A stretch of DNA of 64,000 nt from Lophium mytilinum (Eukaryota): contig MU004182.1 in NCBI GenBank assembly GCA_010093605.1, forward strand, positions 1,025,032 through 1,089,031. The letters are read 5' to 3'. The position numbers and the translations under genes were made by a program. How positions within the stretch are numbered: position 1 is the first letter of the stretch; each line of letters opens with the position of its first letter. This document shows, piece by piece, positions 22,120-35,129 of this stretch. Below the pieces are notes generated by a model, which saw nothing but the letters and a program-made list of their open reading frames with translations, had not been told where the DNA came from and did no database searches.

Positions 22120-23073
22120 TCCGGTTCTTTCCGTTTCAATTACTTTCGCTCCTCGGTCATTATTCTCTCATAGATACCCGTAGTCGCCCGCTACACCTTC
22201 AATCCGTTGTCGATTTGGAGTTATGCTTTCTATGGCGACAATCTTCAAGCCGCTTGCGTTGTACCAGGGAAGGTAGCAACTTTAATTTTCTCATTTGTCA
22301 ATTGTATGATATTGAAGGACAAAGGACAGTTGTCTCTCTATGGTAGAATCTTTAAAGGCTAGTTTGAGTGCAGCATACAAACACATCGCCGATCTCACAA
22401 ACATTACCGTTTCTGCGGTCTCCATTCTATTGCAAACAACTAATACTGAAGGCCCCCGCGAACACAAACCCCAGTTTACTACTACATAAGCCTTTCTATC
22501 CCGATTTTTAGCTCTTCTTCATGGGTTTCAGCTTACTGCTTGCCCTGTTGTGTAAATTCTTGCTCTCGAACGAGGGAGTAAGGTACACTGTCCTCTCCAC
22601 AAATTTTCATCATGTTACACACCCTCTTTCTCTCTATTTTCTTTCCTCTAGCGTTCTTCATGGACCGTGTACAACATCTTACCACTGCTTGTGGGGCCTC
22701 AACCCATGTTCGGTTTTATAATACGATCTAATACTGGCTTTTGGACAACTGGTAAGCTTGCGAGGCTACCTCGGACGGTGGTAGAAAGCTGTACACAAAC
22801 TGGTGTTCTGCCATTCGTATACTCGGGCCTATTCGCCCGCTGACAACATATGACTTAGCTTTCGACAGTGTTATTTCGCCAAAGTATATACTGCTTTCCT
22901 CTCGCACAACCCCTTAGTTGTAGCTTAGGTACAACACCATAGCGGCGAGCGAGCCTGCAGTGAATGCCGATCACGCGAAAACCACAGCCCTGAAGCCGTT
23001 GTGCTGCCGCGATCAATTCACATTTTGTGACCCTTCCTTAACTATTAGAACCCGAATACAGCATTGATATAAG

Positions 23074-23928
23074 ATGCTCAACTATACAAATCACACCTCA
23101 ACCACCCCTTTCGTACCTACCACCACCACCACAACCGGCACAAGCGCCTTGTCTGTTCGATACTTTTCGGGGATCCAAATGCCACAATCGGACTCGTCTG
23201 TACTCGCTGAAGACCACCAAGTTACAGACGTTAACCCAATCGTGTCCGATGCTAAGAATGGTTCTGAAGAACCCTTTTGCAAGATCTGCCTCGAGCACCC
23301 ACAAGTGGGTAATCAGCTGATCCGCATGAGCTGCAACGAGCACTGGGTCTGCGTAGGATGTGCTACCAGGGCCATTCAGACAAAGGTGGACGGGCAATAC
23401 GAGTATCCTCCCAGAGTCTGTTGCGGATATGGTGATATCGATCCTGCAGATCACCCACAGCTCTTCTCCAAAGAGTTGGTTGCCGAGTACAACCTTCGCT
23501 CTATTGAATTTGCCACATTCGCGGATGACAGGCGGTATTGCGGGAATATTTCGTGTATGGCGTTCCTCGATCCCGACACGTACTGCATGCGCGAGGAGTA
23601 CTTCGTCAGCCTCTTCCGCTACGCAACGTGTCCGATGGAGGCTTGTCAGAGTATGACCTGCGTGGAGTGCAAGCAAACACTGGATGCCTCGCAGCTCGCA
23701 ACGCATGTCGGAAAGTGCAATCCTGAAGACAAACCGGATATCCCACTGGGTGATGAGATGAAGAGTTGTCCATCGTGCCACTACATCGTTGCAATTCCGC
23801 TGGAGTGCTTCAGGGCCCAGTGTCTCAACTGTCATGAGAATTTTTGTTGGAAGTGTCTGAAAATCTGGACGGGGCCGCACGGCTGTCCGACTTGGCAGGC
23901 GGAACCGGATCGAGGGTGGGATATTTGA
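23074..23928 (+). CDS. RBR (RING-IBR-RING) E3 ubiquitin ligase-like protein; alternative ATG at 23179
   Basis: CKIC...CNEHWVCVGC, PPRVCC, RRYCGNISC...CPMEAC...TCVECK, KSCPSC...C...CLNCHENFCWKC. Confidence 0.8.
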   Translation: MLNYTNHTSTTPFVPTTTTTTGTSALSVRYFSGIQMPQSDSSVLAEDHQVTDVNPIVSDAKNGSEEPFCKICLEHPQVGNQLIRMSCNEHWVCVGCATRAIQTKVDGQYEYPPRVCCGYGDIDPADHPQLFSKELVAEYNLRSIEFATFADDRRYCGNISCMAFLDPDTYCMREEYFVSLFRYATCPMEACQSMTCVECKQTLDASQLATHVGKCNPEDKPDIPLGDEMKSCPSCHYIVAIPLECFRAQCLNCHENFCWKCLKIWTGPHGCPTWQAEPDRGWDI

Positions 23929-24313
23929 GGAAGATTGATCATCGCTACGCTACATTCAAAGAGATATATATAATTGACGGTACTAGGCCATAAGTTTAGG
24001 CACACTCATTCATCACTGCTTGGCTCGAGTTCTGCGCACTCGACACCACTATCAGGGGTAGCTCCGCTAATGTGCCACGGCTTAGTCAAGAGGCAGCCTG
24101 ATCTATGCTGCTTGAAATTCGACATCCGCCTACAGGTTTGTATTTGTGTGGGGGTTCTCCAGACAGTGGCGAACGACTGTGCATAGAATCCTGATCTGCC
24201 GCTGTATCTACATTTTTCTGCCACTGTCTGAAGCCCTCCAGCTCATTCAATTTTTTTCTTCAAATGTAGGCGTCCCTGTGTGCCGAAACAGGAGCAATGA
24301 GCCTGAACCTCAT

Positions 24314-25515
24314 TCATTTCTTGATGAACGGCGCCTTCTCTAGGGCTCCCGCCTGAATTCTCCATACCTCCCTTCCCAAACTCATCAGCTCCGACCCAAA
24401 CTCTCTTAGTATATCTTCTGCATTCAGACATGCCGCTTGGAGCTCTTCCTTATGTTCTTCATCCGTTCCAAAAGTCGCGGCCTTCCACTGCCTCTTCCAC
24501 CTTTCCACCGCCAATCCAGCCTCACAGTGCTGGCCCTGAATGTTGGTAGCAATCATGTAGAAGGATGAGCGCTTGGCATGGTGTTTTGCCGGCTTGAAGA
24601 GCTTGATTGAAGAGAACTTGCTGAACATATACAGCAAGCTAACGGTGTGCGGGGCCTCAACTTTATGGAGAAGAACGACCATAGTCCCGCCAACCTTGAC
24701 ATGCTGAAGCCCAATGGCAAGTTGAGTGACTGTTAGCCTCAAGGCCTGCCGGTTCTCTTTGTCGGCGGCCCGGACGTGGGTACGCAGGATCTGACCGTCG
24801 CACAGGACGAGATCGAATAGTTGTCTAGGGTCTAATTGTTGTGGTAGCATATTCTTTGCTTCGGGATGATCTGCTGAGAAGTTCGTGACGCCTACATCTG
24901 CAGCAAGCATCGTAACGTCAAGGAATTTGAGCGTTACGTTGGGATCGTTTCGATAGTTGGGTAAAAGCACCTTATGCCCTCCCTTGTCAATAGGCAAGCT
25001 GAACCCCAGAGCGTGGGCTCCAGGATTCAAACTCAGCGCTGTCGCAAGAAAGCCGCCGGGGGCCATACATATGTCCAGAATAGCCGGGCTGCTTGCAGTC
25101 GTCTTCGCTATCGCCAGTGCGCCGTTGGATAGGTTCATCTCTTGGCCGATCTCCTTCATCATCTTGTAGAAAATCACAGCCATTTTTGCGTCCGCGTTGT
25201 CGGCATCGTGGCGTTGTTTTTTGAAGTATTCATCGCCTTTTGGATTGCTCCATCCCTGTCTCAGTTAGCGTCGTCGCCCTGGAGTCGAGTGAGAGCCATG
25301 ACGCAGAGTTTATTTACCTGCTTTCGAAGTTCGGTTAGTCGCCGGAATTCTGCGACGTTCTCCTGCAGAAACTGTGTTATCATGGAGCTAGCACGTTGTG
25401 CCTCTTCGTCGCGAGGCCATTGCGATTGGTACATGGTCTTTTGGGGGTCGGTTTTTAGTGCATCTTGGAGCAAGACATCATTTGTCTCCATCACTCGGCG
25501 TGTAGCCGTGGCCAT
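24314..25515 (-). CDS. FtsJ/RrmJ-like SAM-dependent methyltransferase; intron 25256-25317
   Basis: ILDICMAPGGF, FLDVTML, FDLVLCDGQ, GGTMVVLLHK, LFKP...RSSFY. Confidence 0.85.
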
Positions 25516-25935
25516 TGATCTTCGGGGGGAACAAATAAATTGATGGGTCGTATATTTTTGAAGTTAGTGGGAGCGTTTGCAATACCAACATACCCTGATA
25601 CTGTAAGGGAATGATTCACTGTAGCCTTGAACGTACGTGGCGCGTGTAGGTTGGCTTCTGAGACAGCTTTCAATTGTCACAAAGGCTAGCCTCCTTCAGA
25701 CACTGTCTTGACCGGGCGCCTAATCAAGACAAGACCATGATGCAGGGACGCATATTAGAAGTTCTTGTTATCATCGTGCATTGAGCCCTCCAACTATGCC
25801 TTGCCATTGTGCGCCACTTACCTAGGTACTCCAAACACCATGACGAAATGCAACCAGAAAATGCCCTGTCCAAATGCACCCTGCATCATTATCCCCTCAC
25901 GATAACAGTGACCTATGCAAATAAGTAGACTGAAC

Positions 25936-27603
25936 TCAGTAGACGGTCAAGCATCCCACAGCCCCGTTCTTCAGCACCTCGAAGATCATACCCGGGAAGC
26001 CGAAGAGCTCCACATTCCCCACGCTACCATCTGCTGCATCTGTGTTCACAGAAGACGCATTCGCAAACTTCTTCTTCATCCCGGACGCATCTTCCCAACC
26101 ACCTAGAAGCTCGCAACTACTTCCAGGGCTATCGCCCCAGCCACGATTGAGCGCCATGCCGCGTTGCTGCAGTCGCTCTTCCTCTTCGCTTTCGTAGTAC
26201 GATTTGAAAACCTCTCTCAGCCGCCCTGAAATATCTGCAAAGCGCATTTCTGAGTTGAGAGGGTCCTTATACTGTCCGGATGGGACATGCTCTAACGTCC
26301 ATCGGCTCCGGCGGTGGCGGTTGAATTGATAGGACCCTGGAATGTTGCCGTGAAAGATGATTTTGGTGGCTGTGAGGTGATTTAAAGGCTGAGCGCTAAG
26401 TGCACCCTCTTCGTTCTCGTCAAGCTCACGGCGTTCTGATGTAGGCGAGGCCGGTGAGATCTGCGTGGGTTGCGAGATCAGAATGTCGATTCCGTGATGA
26501 TAATAATTATAAAAGTGTTCTGCGGCGGCTACTTCTCGCTCATTGGCCTCGGCAACCAAATCGTCGTCGTCCTCCCATTCATCCTCATTGTCAGTGCCGA
26601 CTATTGAGCCATGATCAGAGTCCAACACATCATCGTGTCCATCACGTGAGATACCCCCGGCTGAATTCTCCGACGCATCGCTGGCCCGTCGCTCTTTGTG
26701 AATGGACAGCCTGTGGTCGTTCTTTCGGTATATTGAGTCAGGCGCACCAAGTTCCATGATCAGGTCCTGAGGGGTTGTTTCGCTTAAGATGAGCCAGAAA
26801 GATGGGCTAGATCGGCGAACCAGTTCTATCCTGCCTTCGCCGTGTATTCTTGCAGTTTCGATTTCATCCGGACCACCATCCTTGCCCTTCCCTGCAAGAG
26901 TGAGGGATCTTGGGTTAGGCGGAATCGCTGTGAACAGAGTTCCGCGTGCCTTTTGCCAGGATTCCCCACTGAACACTGCCATGGAAGTCGCAGGTCCGGT
27001 CGCCGAGGACGAAAGTAACGAGATGAAGTCTTTCTTTGGCGAAAAGGCGGAGTGCTGCACCGGAAAGTTGAAAGCAATCCCAGGATACGAAAGGTTGTAT
27101 ACCCCTCGCACATCCCCCTCATCCTTTGGCGGGAGATATTCACCGCCGTAGGTAGGTCCTAATAGCTTATCATAAATATGCCGGAACCTTGGGCCAGCCG
27201 GTCCTGACATAACCCCTCCAGCTCCGTCCGGTGCCTTGAACACCTCTACGTCTTTATATACCAGCTTGGCTTTCACAAAGTCTCGGATTTCGATGAGTCT
27301 GAGTCGTTGATCAGGTCCATCAAACTGTAGCCGCAGCCCATTTTCAGGGAGAACGAGGTGGATCGGCGTGGTAATGGGTTGGTCGAGGTCGTGGTATAGT
27401 TCAAATTTGGGGAAGGCTTTGACTTCGGTTTTAATGGTGGTGAGAGTTTCATGGAGCGAGCATCCGAGGGCTGTTCTTAGCAGTTATTAGAAAATGCAAG
27501 CTCGAAAGAGGACGTGGTGCAGTCTCGAAGCTGCGAACGTACTCATGAAGCCCACTGAGCGGCCAGGAACCACTTGCATGGTAGTGTTATCTAAGTTGTC
27601 CAT
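25936..27603 (-). CDS. UPF0183 / PHAF1 (C16orf70-like) protein; one 5' intron at about 27471-27542
   Basis: VVPGRSVGF, LQFDGPDQRLRLIE, LGPTYGGEY, LSYPGIAFNF, TTPQDLIMELGAPD, HFYNYYHHGIDIL, HGNIPGSYQFNRHRR, LFGFPGMIFEV. Confidence 0.9.
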
Positions 27604-28183
27604 ACCTCACAGGGCTGCGAGGTGGTGTTTGGGGGAGTTGGGTGTATAGTCAGGGCCGGAGGTGGTTTTGTATCCTCGTGCAGCGTTCACGAGGCTGGTG
27701 AGACAACAAATGTGGAGTCATAGGGGCGCCACAGCTCAGAACATGATATGGTGCAGACCAAAAGGGGTCATAAGGGTAGAGTCGACCACTTGGATTCTTC
27801 TGCAGAGCTGGGTAGTCGGTGCCTTGGGATCTCAGGTTGCTTGATGGCGGGGAGGTATGCAGTTGAACGGAAATGCGCGCCGGTCTGACGGGAGGACTAA
27901 GGTGCTACCACGAGGTGACTAGGCCAAAGAGTGTGCTTGTCACTGTCTAGGGTAAATGAGTGAGTTACTGGATATCCGAAGGCCTCAACGTGAATGCGAG
28001 ATGTCCCAGATGACAGAAGTGGAGCGCGGAGCACGTGATGGCGATAAGATAAGGAACGACCCCTGTCGGCTTGGCGCGGTTCCTTGTTGACCAAAACAAA
28101 CCCGGCCCTCGCATAAACACAGCAATCAACTCTCCACGAGCATTGCTAACCACACCGCAACACCACCATATTCAGCCCTGAAT

Positions 28184-31100
28184 ATGTCCGGCCTTCCTCG
28201 GGGCGTCCATCCACCCAAGAAGGTTCCCACAATGCGGCCCAGCACTCGACCTCCCATGAACATGCGCGGCCGGTCTGGCACACCTGCGCTAAACGGTCGA
28301 GCCTCACCAACCGATTCCGTCGCATCATTTGCAACCAACGCTTCACGAGCCCGGTCGCCAGCAACATCGCAGATTGGAGGGAAAAGGAAAGAAAGAGATT
28401 TTGATAATGATGGCGGTGAAGAAACGAACATCAATGTCGTTGTCCGGTGTCGAGGCCGTAATGACCGCGAGGTCCGCGAGAATAGTGGCGTCGTGGTATC
28501 AACAGATGGAATCAAGGGAAAGACGGTCGGCCTGTCCATGGGCCCCAGTGCGCTGAGTAACAAGACGTACTCCTTCGACAAGGTGTTTTCGCCCGCTGCA
28601 GATCAGGGCATTATCTTCGATGAAGTAGTTGCGCCTATACTTGATGAGGTATGCACACGAGATTGCCGCTCGATAGCAAGCTAACAGTTGTCCAAGGTGT
28701 TGAGTGGCTTCAATTGTACAATCTTCGCGTACGGCCAAACTGGAACTGGTAAAACATATACTATGTCTGGCGACATTTCCGACATGCTTCCTCAGCCAGA
28801 CGCGGCCGGCATCATCCCGCGAGCTCTGTATTCGCTGTTCAACAAACTGGAAAGCGAAGATTCAGAGCATTCAGTAAAATGCTCCTTCATTGAGCTGTAC
28901 AACGAAGAACTTCGCGATCTCCTCTCACCTGACGACGGTGTCAAGCTGAAAATATATAATGATGAAGGAGGCAAGAAGGGTCACAGCTCCACAATGGTAC
29001 AGGGTGTGGAAGAGTCGCACATCAAGTCCGCCGCCAAAGGAATTCAGCTTTTACGCGAAGGTAGCCACAAGCGCCAGGTTGCAGCGACAAAATGCAATGA
29101 CCTGAGTTCCCGAAGCCACACTGTTTTCACAGTCACAGTCTACATGAAGCGAACAACCGACACTGGAGAAGATTTTATCAGTGCTGGAAAGCTCAACTTG
29201 GTCGATTTGGCCGGCAGTGAGAACATCCAACGTAGTGGAGCTGAGAACAAGCGCGCCGCAGAAGCAGGTCTCATCAACAAGAGCTTATTAACCCTGGGAC
29301 GTGTTATCAATGCCCTGGTTGAACGAGGACCCCACATTCCGTACCGAGAGTCCAAGTTGACGCGTTTGCTACAAGACTCTTTAGGCGGACGAACCAAGAC
29401 CTGTATCATCGCCACACTATCACCAGCGAAGAGCAATCTAGAGGAGACGATTTCCACTTTGGACTACGCCTTTCGAGCGAAGAACATCCGGAATAAGCCA
29501 CAAATCAATCAGATGGTCTCAAAAAAGACCCTGCTCAGGGAATTCACCGGCGAGATCGAGAAGTTGAAGAGCGAGCTCATCGCAACCCGTCAACGAAATG
29601 GTGTCTATCTCACACAAGAGTCGTACGAAGAAATCATGACTGAGAGCGAGTCGAGAAGGATTCTTAGCGAGGAACAGCGCGACAAGCTTGAGACCATGGA
29701 AGTGAACCTCCGAAACAAAGTCCAGGAACTGTTTTCTCTTACAAGTAACTTCAACAGCATGAAGAAAGACAACGAAGCGACGAAATTGGTTCTCGAGGGG
29801 ACGAAGAGTCTACTTGAGAAAACCGAGGTAGTTCTAGCTCATACTCGACAGAACCTGGCCGACGAAGCATCGATGAGAAGAGCGCATGAGAAGACAGAAG
29901 AGGAACTGGCTACCATTGGCCACGACTTGATATCTACCCTGGGGAAGACAACGACTGATCTTGGCGGGCTGCACTCCAAGCTGCGCCGTAGATCAGATCT
30001 TCATACCGAAAACCGGAAGCACTGGACATCGACACAGTCCGAAGTTTCGGAAACGACACTTCTCGTAGAAAACCGCATTGCTGAGTTCCAAGCTCAGCAA
30101 GATCAGTTGATGCAAACTTTAGCATCTCGGATGCAAGGATTTGTTCAGGATGAGCTCATAAAACTCGGAACTTCACAATCATTTCTGCAGGAGAAGGTCA
30201 AGTCCTTCGAGTCTTCCAAAATGGAAGTGAATGAGCAAACTGCTAAGGCTAGAGATGATATGAATGAGGTGCTGGAAGAGATCAAGACGCTACGAGAAGA
30301 TGTCAAGGAGAAGGTTGGAGCTGGTCTCGATGACCTAACAGCTGCTGCTCAAAAGATTTCTGCGGGAATCGTGACGGAGTTGGACGCGTTCCATACCCAG
30401 GTAAAGATGATTCGCGCAATACCCAATAGAGTTTGAACATGTTACTGACGCTTTCATAGCTACACTCGTCATATATTGGTCTAGGCCGCGATTTCAAGGA
30501 CACCTTCACTGACCTAATCAAGCACCTCCACGAACAACAAGGCGAGGCAGATCAGCTCCGACAGCAAATCGTGCAGGCGGATACGGCTCTTTTGGCGGCC
30601 AACAAGTCTGCGCAAGGTCGACTTTCGCAAATGATAGAAGAAGAGAAGCTCAAAGCTGCAGAGGAGCGGCAAAATCTTCTGACGCAGATGACAAGCCTAA
30701 TAAATTCAAACGCAGAAGCACAAGAAAGCCGGTTCGCCGGCAAGATCCTCAACGTCAACGAAAGCATTGATTCTTCGCATGCCGCCTATCACATCACCCA
30801 CAATGCCTATAACCAGGGTGTCGACAACTGGCTGGGCAAGTCGAAAGATATCATCGGTGGCGTGACGAGATCAAGAGACAACGTGAAGGCAAAGATCAAG
30901 GCTGACTTTTCCGTAAGTCAACATTCTCTGCTCTTTGCAAAATTATGCTAATCAATTCCAGGCGGCAAACGACCACACAACCTCCCTTCGCAACACCACG
31001 ACTTCCGTGCACGATAGTACTGTAGAAATTGTGTCTGCTCAGAAAGCGCACATGGATACTCAGCTCCATTCCCTGGATGAGATCGTGTCACGAGTCCGCG

Positions 31101-31924
31101 CACAGAACAATACTCATCACGCCGCTCATACCTCCTCTTTGGGCTCGCTAGCTTCAAATGTACAGTCATCTTACTCCAGCATCGATGAGCACCTGTCGAC
31201 TTCATTCGACCGTGTTAAAGAGCTCGACACCGACATGACATCTCATACGTCCACCCTCCAATCTATGCTCCCGCAACTTGCTTCCGAAGCTGAGATACGG
31301 GCTCCGCTGCGAGACCTCCGCGCAGGGATCGAGGACCAGACCTTGTTTGAGTACGTACCTACAGGAGAGACTCCCCAACGCATGCAGTACGCGTATCCTT
31401 CTACACTACCCAGGACCGAACCACATGACTCGTTGTTGTCACGTCTCCGTGGTCGCCCAGAGTCAGCATCGGATCCAAACCGGAGCCCGACTAAGGGAAT
31501 GGTTTTCAACGACCCTGCCTCTTCACCCACAGAACTCGTTGGATCAACTCTCTTTGCTGCGTCGACGAATATTCGACCTTCCAGTGCTGCAAGTGCAGGC
31601 ACAGCACCGAGTCTCAGGGAGCTGGATGTGAACATTGTCACGGGGGACCTTTCAGCCTCCGCTCCGGCATCAACCTTTGCGACTCCCTCCGAGCTTGACA
31701 AAGTTGCCATGCCCCCGCTCAAGCGGCAGAATACGAACGCAGGAGCTAGCGATGGCGGCATTAGCAAGCTGCCTATGAAATCAATGAATAAGAAGGGGAT
31801 GCGGAAGACGGTGGCCGGTGTAGGTATGGGCCCTGGTGTTGGTGACAGAGAGAACCTACCTGTGGTCAACTTCAGCGCAAGCGTAGGGCCCGGAAGGAGG
31901 AGACTCAGAAGTCACGAGAACTGA
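28184..31924 (+). CDS. bimC: Kinesin-5 mitotic motor; introns 28649-28696, 30401-30459, 30913-30961
   Basis: NINVVVRCRGRN, P-loop GQTGTGKT, SSRSH, LVDLAGSE, HIPYRESKLTRLLQDSLGG, coiled-coil stalk, BimC box TGETPQR. Confidence 0.97.
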
Positions 31925-32372
31925 AAGGAAAAGTATGAGTTTGGAGTAGTGAGAGGCGTTGATGGTTGTGGCGGTAATCAAATGCATGTTGGGTGGTTCT
32001 ACAAGGTTTCTGATCGACGAAGGGCTTGATACCCGGTTGGCTTGCGTTGTGTGGGCACTTTTTTATAGGAGGCTGGAGTCTGTTCCGATTTCTTCATTAG
32101 CGTTTCTCATGGCGTAGCGTAGATTTCTCCGGAACATAATTCATTGGAGTGGACTCCTATCTGGCTATTGTACTTGGTAGTCCAAGACCCTGGAAATGTT
32201 GCTATACTGCGATTGTCTTAGCGTGGCTTGTGCACCCGGCATCTCAAAGTCAACGTCTGACGCCGGTTTAGGTGAGCATCATCCATCCGATGCCCCATCT
32301 CCAGCGTTGAGAAGCCTTTCAAGCTGGCCACAATCAATAGTTTACATCCGTATTTGTTGCTTACTTACCGCG

Positions 32373-33788
32373 ATGGCCACGAAAGTAGCTTCCCTCCTTG
32401 GTCTCCCAGTCGAGCTGCGGCTCGCTATCTACACCCTCGTCTTCAATCGGTTTGACTCAGGCCACAGCCGGAACATTCTCCTAGTAAGCCATCAGATCCG
32501 CGTAGAAGCATTTCCGGTATACTTTGAGTGGACGCGATACTTCGGGAGCTTTGAACGTTTGATTGAGTGGACGGCGGCGGGAAACCCGAACCTGCTTGAG
32601 CATGTCAGAGATGTCTCAATCCAGGTCCTACATGACCGCTGGCTCAGCTTCCGACATGCAGCTAGTCAAGCGTCTGAGAAAGAAAGTCTTGAAGATGAGG
32701 CTCCCAATACTGCAGCTTGGTGGAGTAAGCAGCTCGGAGAACTGGGCGACCCTTTGCCATACGAGCGCCGCGAAGACATGGCGCCAAAAGAGAACAAGAT
32801 CCTGCGTCAGGCCCGCCAGTTTGGCAAAATGATCTTTCCCAAGAAACCTCAGCCCGAAACAGATCTGATCGAAGAAATATGGACAGCTCTAGCCCGTATG
32901 CCGAATGTGCGTTATTGTTGGGTCAATCTTGCGCACCGAGACGCAAGAATGGACCCGTTGACCCGGATTTTCCTAGAGATGATATCGAGCGCTTTTCCCA
33001 GAATGTCTACGTTCTCGTTCTTCTCACATCCCCATGACGTCGAGTTTCTGCGCAATTTCCAGCACATTCGCTTTCTCCGTTTCACAGGCCGCAGTACCAG
33101 CACGCCGGACGAGCTGCTTGATATACTTCTAAGCCTGAAGTCACTGGATAGCCTAAGCTTGTATCGCTATCCGGAGACATATGACCACGACCGCGGTGTC
33201 CGCCCAGATGGAGTCTTGTCCTTGACTGAATCGGTCGTTGCTCGCATGCGGCCGCTGGCGAGCCTTGAGATATCCCACATGAGCAGTAGAATACCTTCAG
33301 CTTTTCTCACGCATCCTATGCTTGAGGCCTGGAAAACTCATCTGCCATCTCTCCGCATCCTCAAAATTGGGACCGATGAGCGACTTAGTGCGACAATCAC
33401 AACGGAACTGCTTGATTTAATAGCGCTATCACGCCTTACGAAATTACAAATACGCTCGCAGGGCGATAAAAAGCCTATCGACATTTCGACCTATCTTCCG
33501 AGCTCTCTAAAGCAATGCGATGCTGCGCTTAAGTGCGACGAGTTCAAAGGCACAGGCTCCTCAGGTACGTACCCTCAAGACGGTAATTCTCTGATGCTTT
33601 AAATATTACGAAATGAAGGCGTTGTCCCGAAGGCCATTTCTCGCATTGGCATAGCCATGAAAATAGCTGACGTAGAGTGTATAGGTGGCGGCCAATTCCA
33701 TAATCATACCTTCACCGAGATCGAGCTTCAGGACCCGCAGTTTCAGGGGATTTTGGAAGATTCTTTTTCAACGCAATTATTGCATTGA
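32373..33788 (+). CDS. F-box-like / LRR-type hypothetical protein; probable 3' intron at about 33565-33618
   Basis: N-terminal LLGLPVELRLAIY, LVSHQIRVEAFPVYF, LRR-like repeats (LKSLDSLSL, LASLEI, LRILKI). Confidence 0.7.
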
Positions 33789-33949
33789 ACTATCGAGGAG
33801 CGGGGTCGCTAGGACAATCAACTGCTCTATCATTCATTCTAGCACTCTCGGAGCAGCCGTAAGAGAGTAGCGGGGCTGATCCGGTAAGGCTGTCCTTAAG
33901 CGCTGTCCGCTGACCCACCCTTACATGAGCGGGATGAAGGAAACGTGTT

Positions 33950-34250
33950 ACTGGAAATGGCAACAACTATTTTTTGGGCATGCTAATGTAGTCCTAGTTC
34001 CAGAGATGTTCTTCGTTTGCGCTTGTGGAGCCGTATGCAGGAAGGTCGCGTTGACTTCAAAAGCCGCGGCCTACGCCACCAACACCAAATCCGATCCCCA
34101 GTTAGTGGTTCACGTCTCGCTCAAGACCGGCAACGAGAGGAGGAAGCCGAAAAAGAGGCTGGCCCACCGCGGTTTCGATTTTTCCGCCTTCCAGGAGAAC
34201 TGCCAGGCTTAATTGAACGAGAAGTGGCAGTCAACGAGCATATGATTCTA
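33950..34250 (+). pseudogene. Possible frameshifted fragment of an F-box-like gene
   Basis: FVCACGAVC in one frame; GLRHQHQ...PPRFRFFRLPGELPGLIEREV in another, resembling FxFxxLPxELRxxIY. Confidence 0.3.
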
Positions 34251-34438
34251 ATCTAGAGCTTCAGGCGCTTTGCATACAAACCCATCCTAGGCTGTATACA
34301 CTTGCCTAGCACCGCCTAAATTTGGGCGTGACTATATTTATGGATTTGCCCGAGACCAGTATATGGTTGCTTAGCGTAGATGCATCCAACCGGTGGTGAA
34401 ATTGAAGTCAGTTACCTGTTCGGGGCAAGTCTTGGCAG

Positions 34439-34574
34439 TGCGCAAAAAGTGTGGAAGGCACAGACAAGAGCCCGCGAAATTGTAGCCAGTTTAACCGGAA
34501 CCTTGACTCCCTCCCTCGTTAAATTGGCTACAATTTCGCGGGCTCTTGTCTCTGCCTTCCACACTTTATGCGCA
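34439..34574. repeat. Long inverted repeat (57-bp arms, 22-nt loop) with a third partial inverted copy at 34627-34655
   Basis: 34439-34495 is the reverse complement of 34518-34574 with 3 mismatches, one of them a G-T wobble. Confidence 0.95.
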
Positions 34575-35129
34575 TTTGCCCGAATGGGTATCTCATCACG
34601 TGTCAGCCCCCCCGACGAACCCTTTTTGCCTTCCACGGTTTTGCGCACTGCCAGGTCCCCTCTAGACATTTTCATGAACCAAGAGACAGAATTGTCCTCT
34701 ATTTTCCCCCTTTGCTCGCGGCAAACTCTGCCTACCTGGGCAGTACTGCTGATGTAGGTCGCATGCGGAAACTAGATCACGGCCGGATATATCCATACAC
34801 CCCTGAGGCAGTTCCCAATTGCGCTCATTGTGATTTTCCATAACGTTAGAGTGCGTTGCCAAAAGTTTGGATGCATTTACACGCTACCGTTGAGAATGCT
34901 CTACAGCATTCTAATCTTTATACTATGCGGAGGCAGGCATTAGATGATACGAAATCACATCGCAGGTCTGTTGATTTGGGGGAGCCCAGAGGTGCATGGA
35001 GAGCCTCTTGGGTTACACGACCGGAAAAGGGGCAAGATGTATGTAACTTTATGGAACCAGATGTTCATACTTCGCCACTCATAATTGATTCCAATGCTCA
35101 TAAAGCCTAATCTCTAGATAAATACACAC

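Noticed and set aside
23098..23880. 260-aa antisense ORF (likewise 31243-31869 and 49451-50173)
   Set aside because: Antisense shadows of real genes with no independent motifs
25819..25828. Recurrent TACCTAGGTA palindrome (also near 44118 and 53652)
   Set aside because: Common intergenic motif in filamentous ascomycetes; no specific function can be supported here
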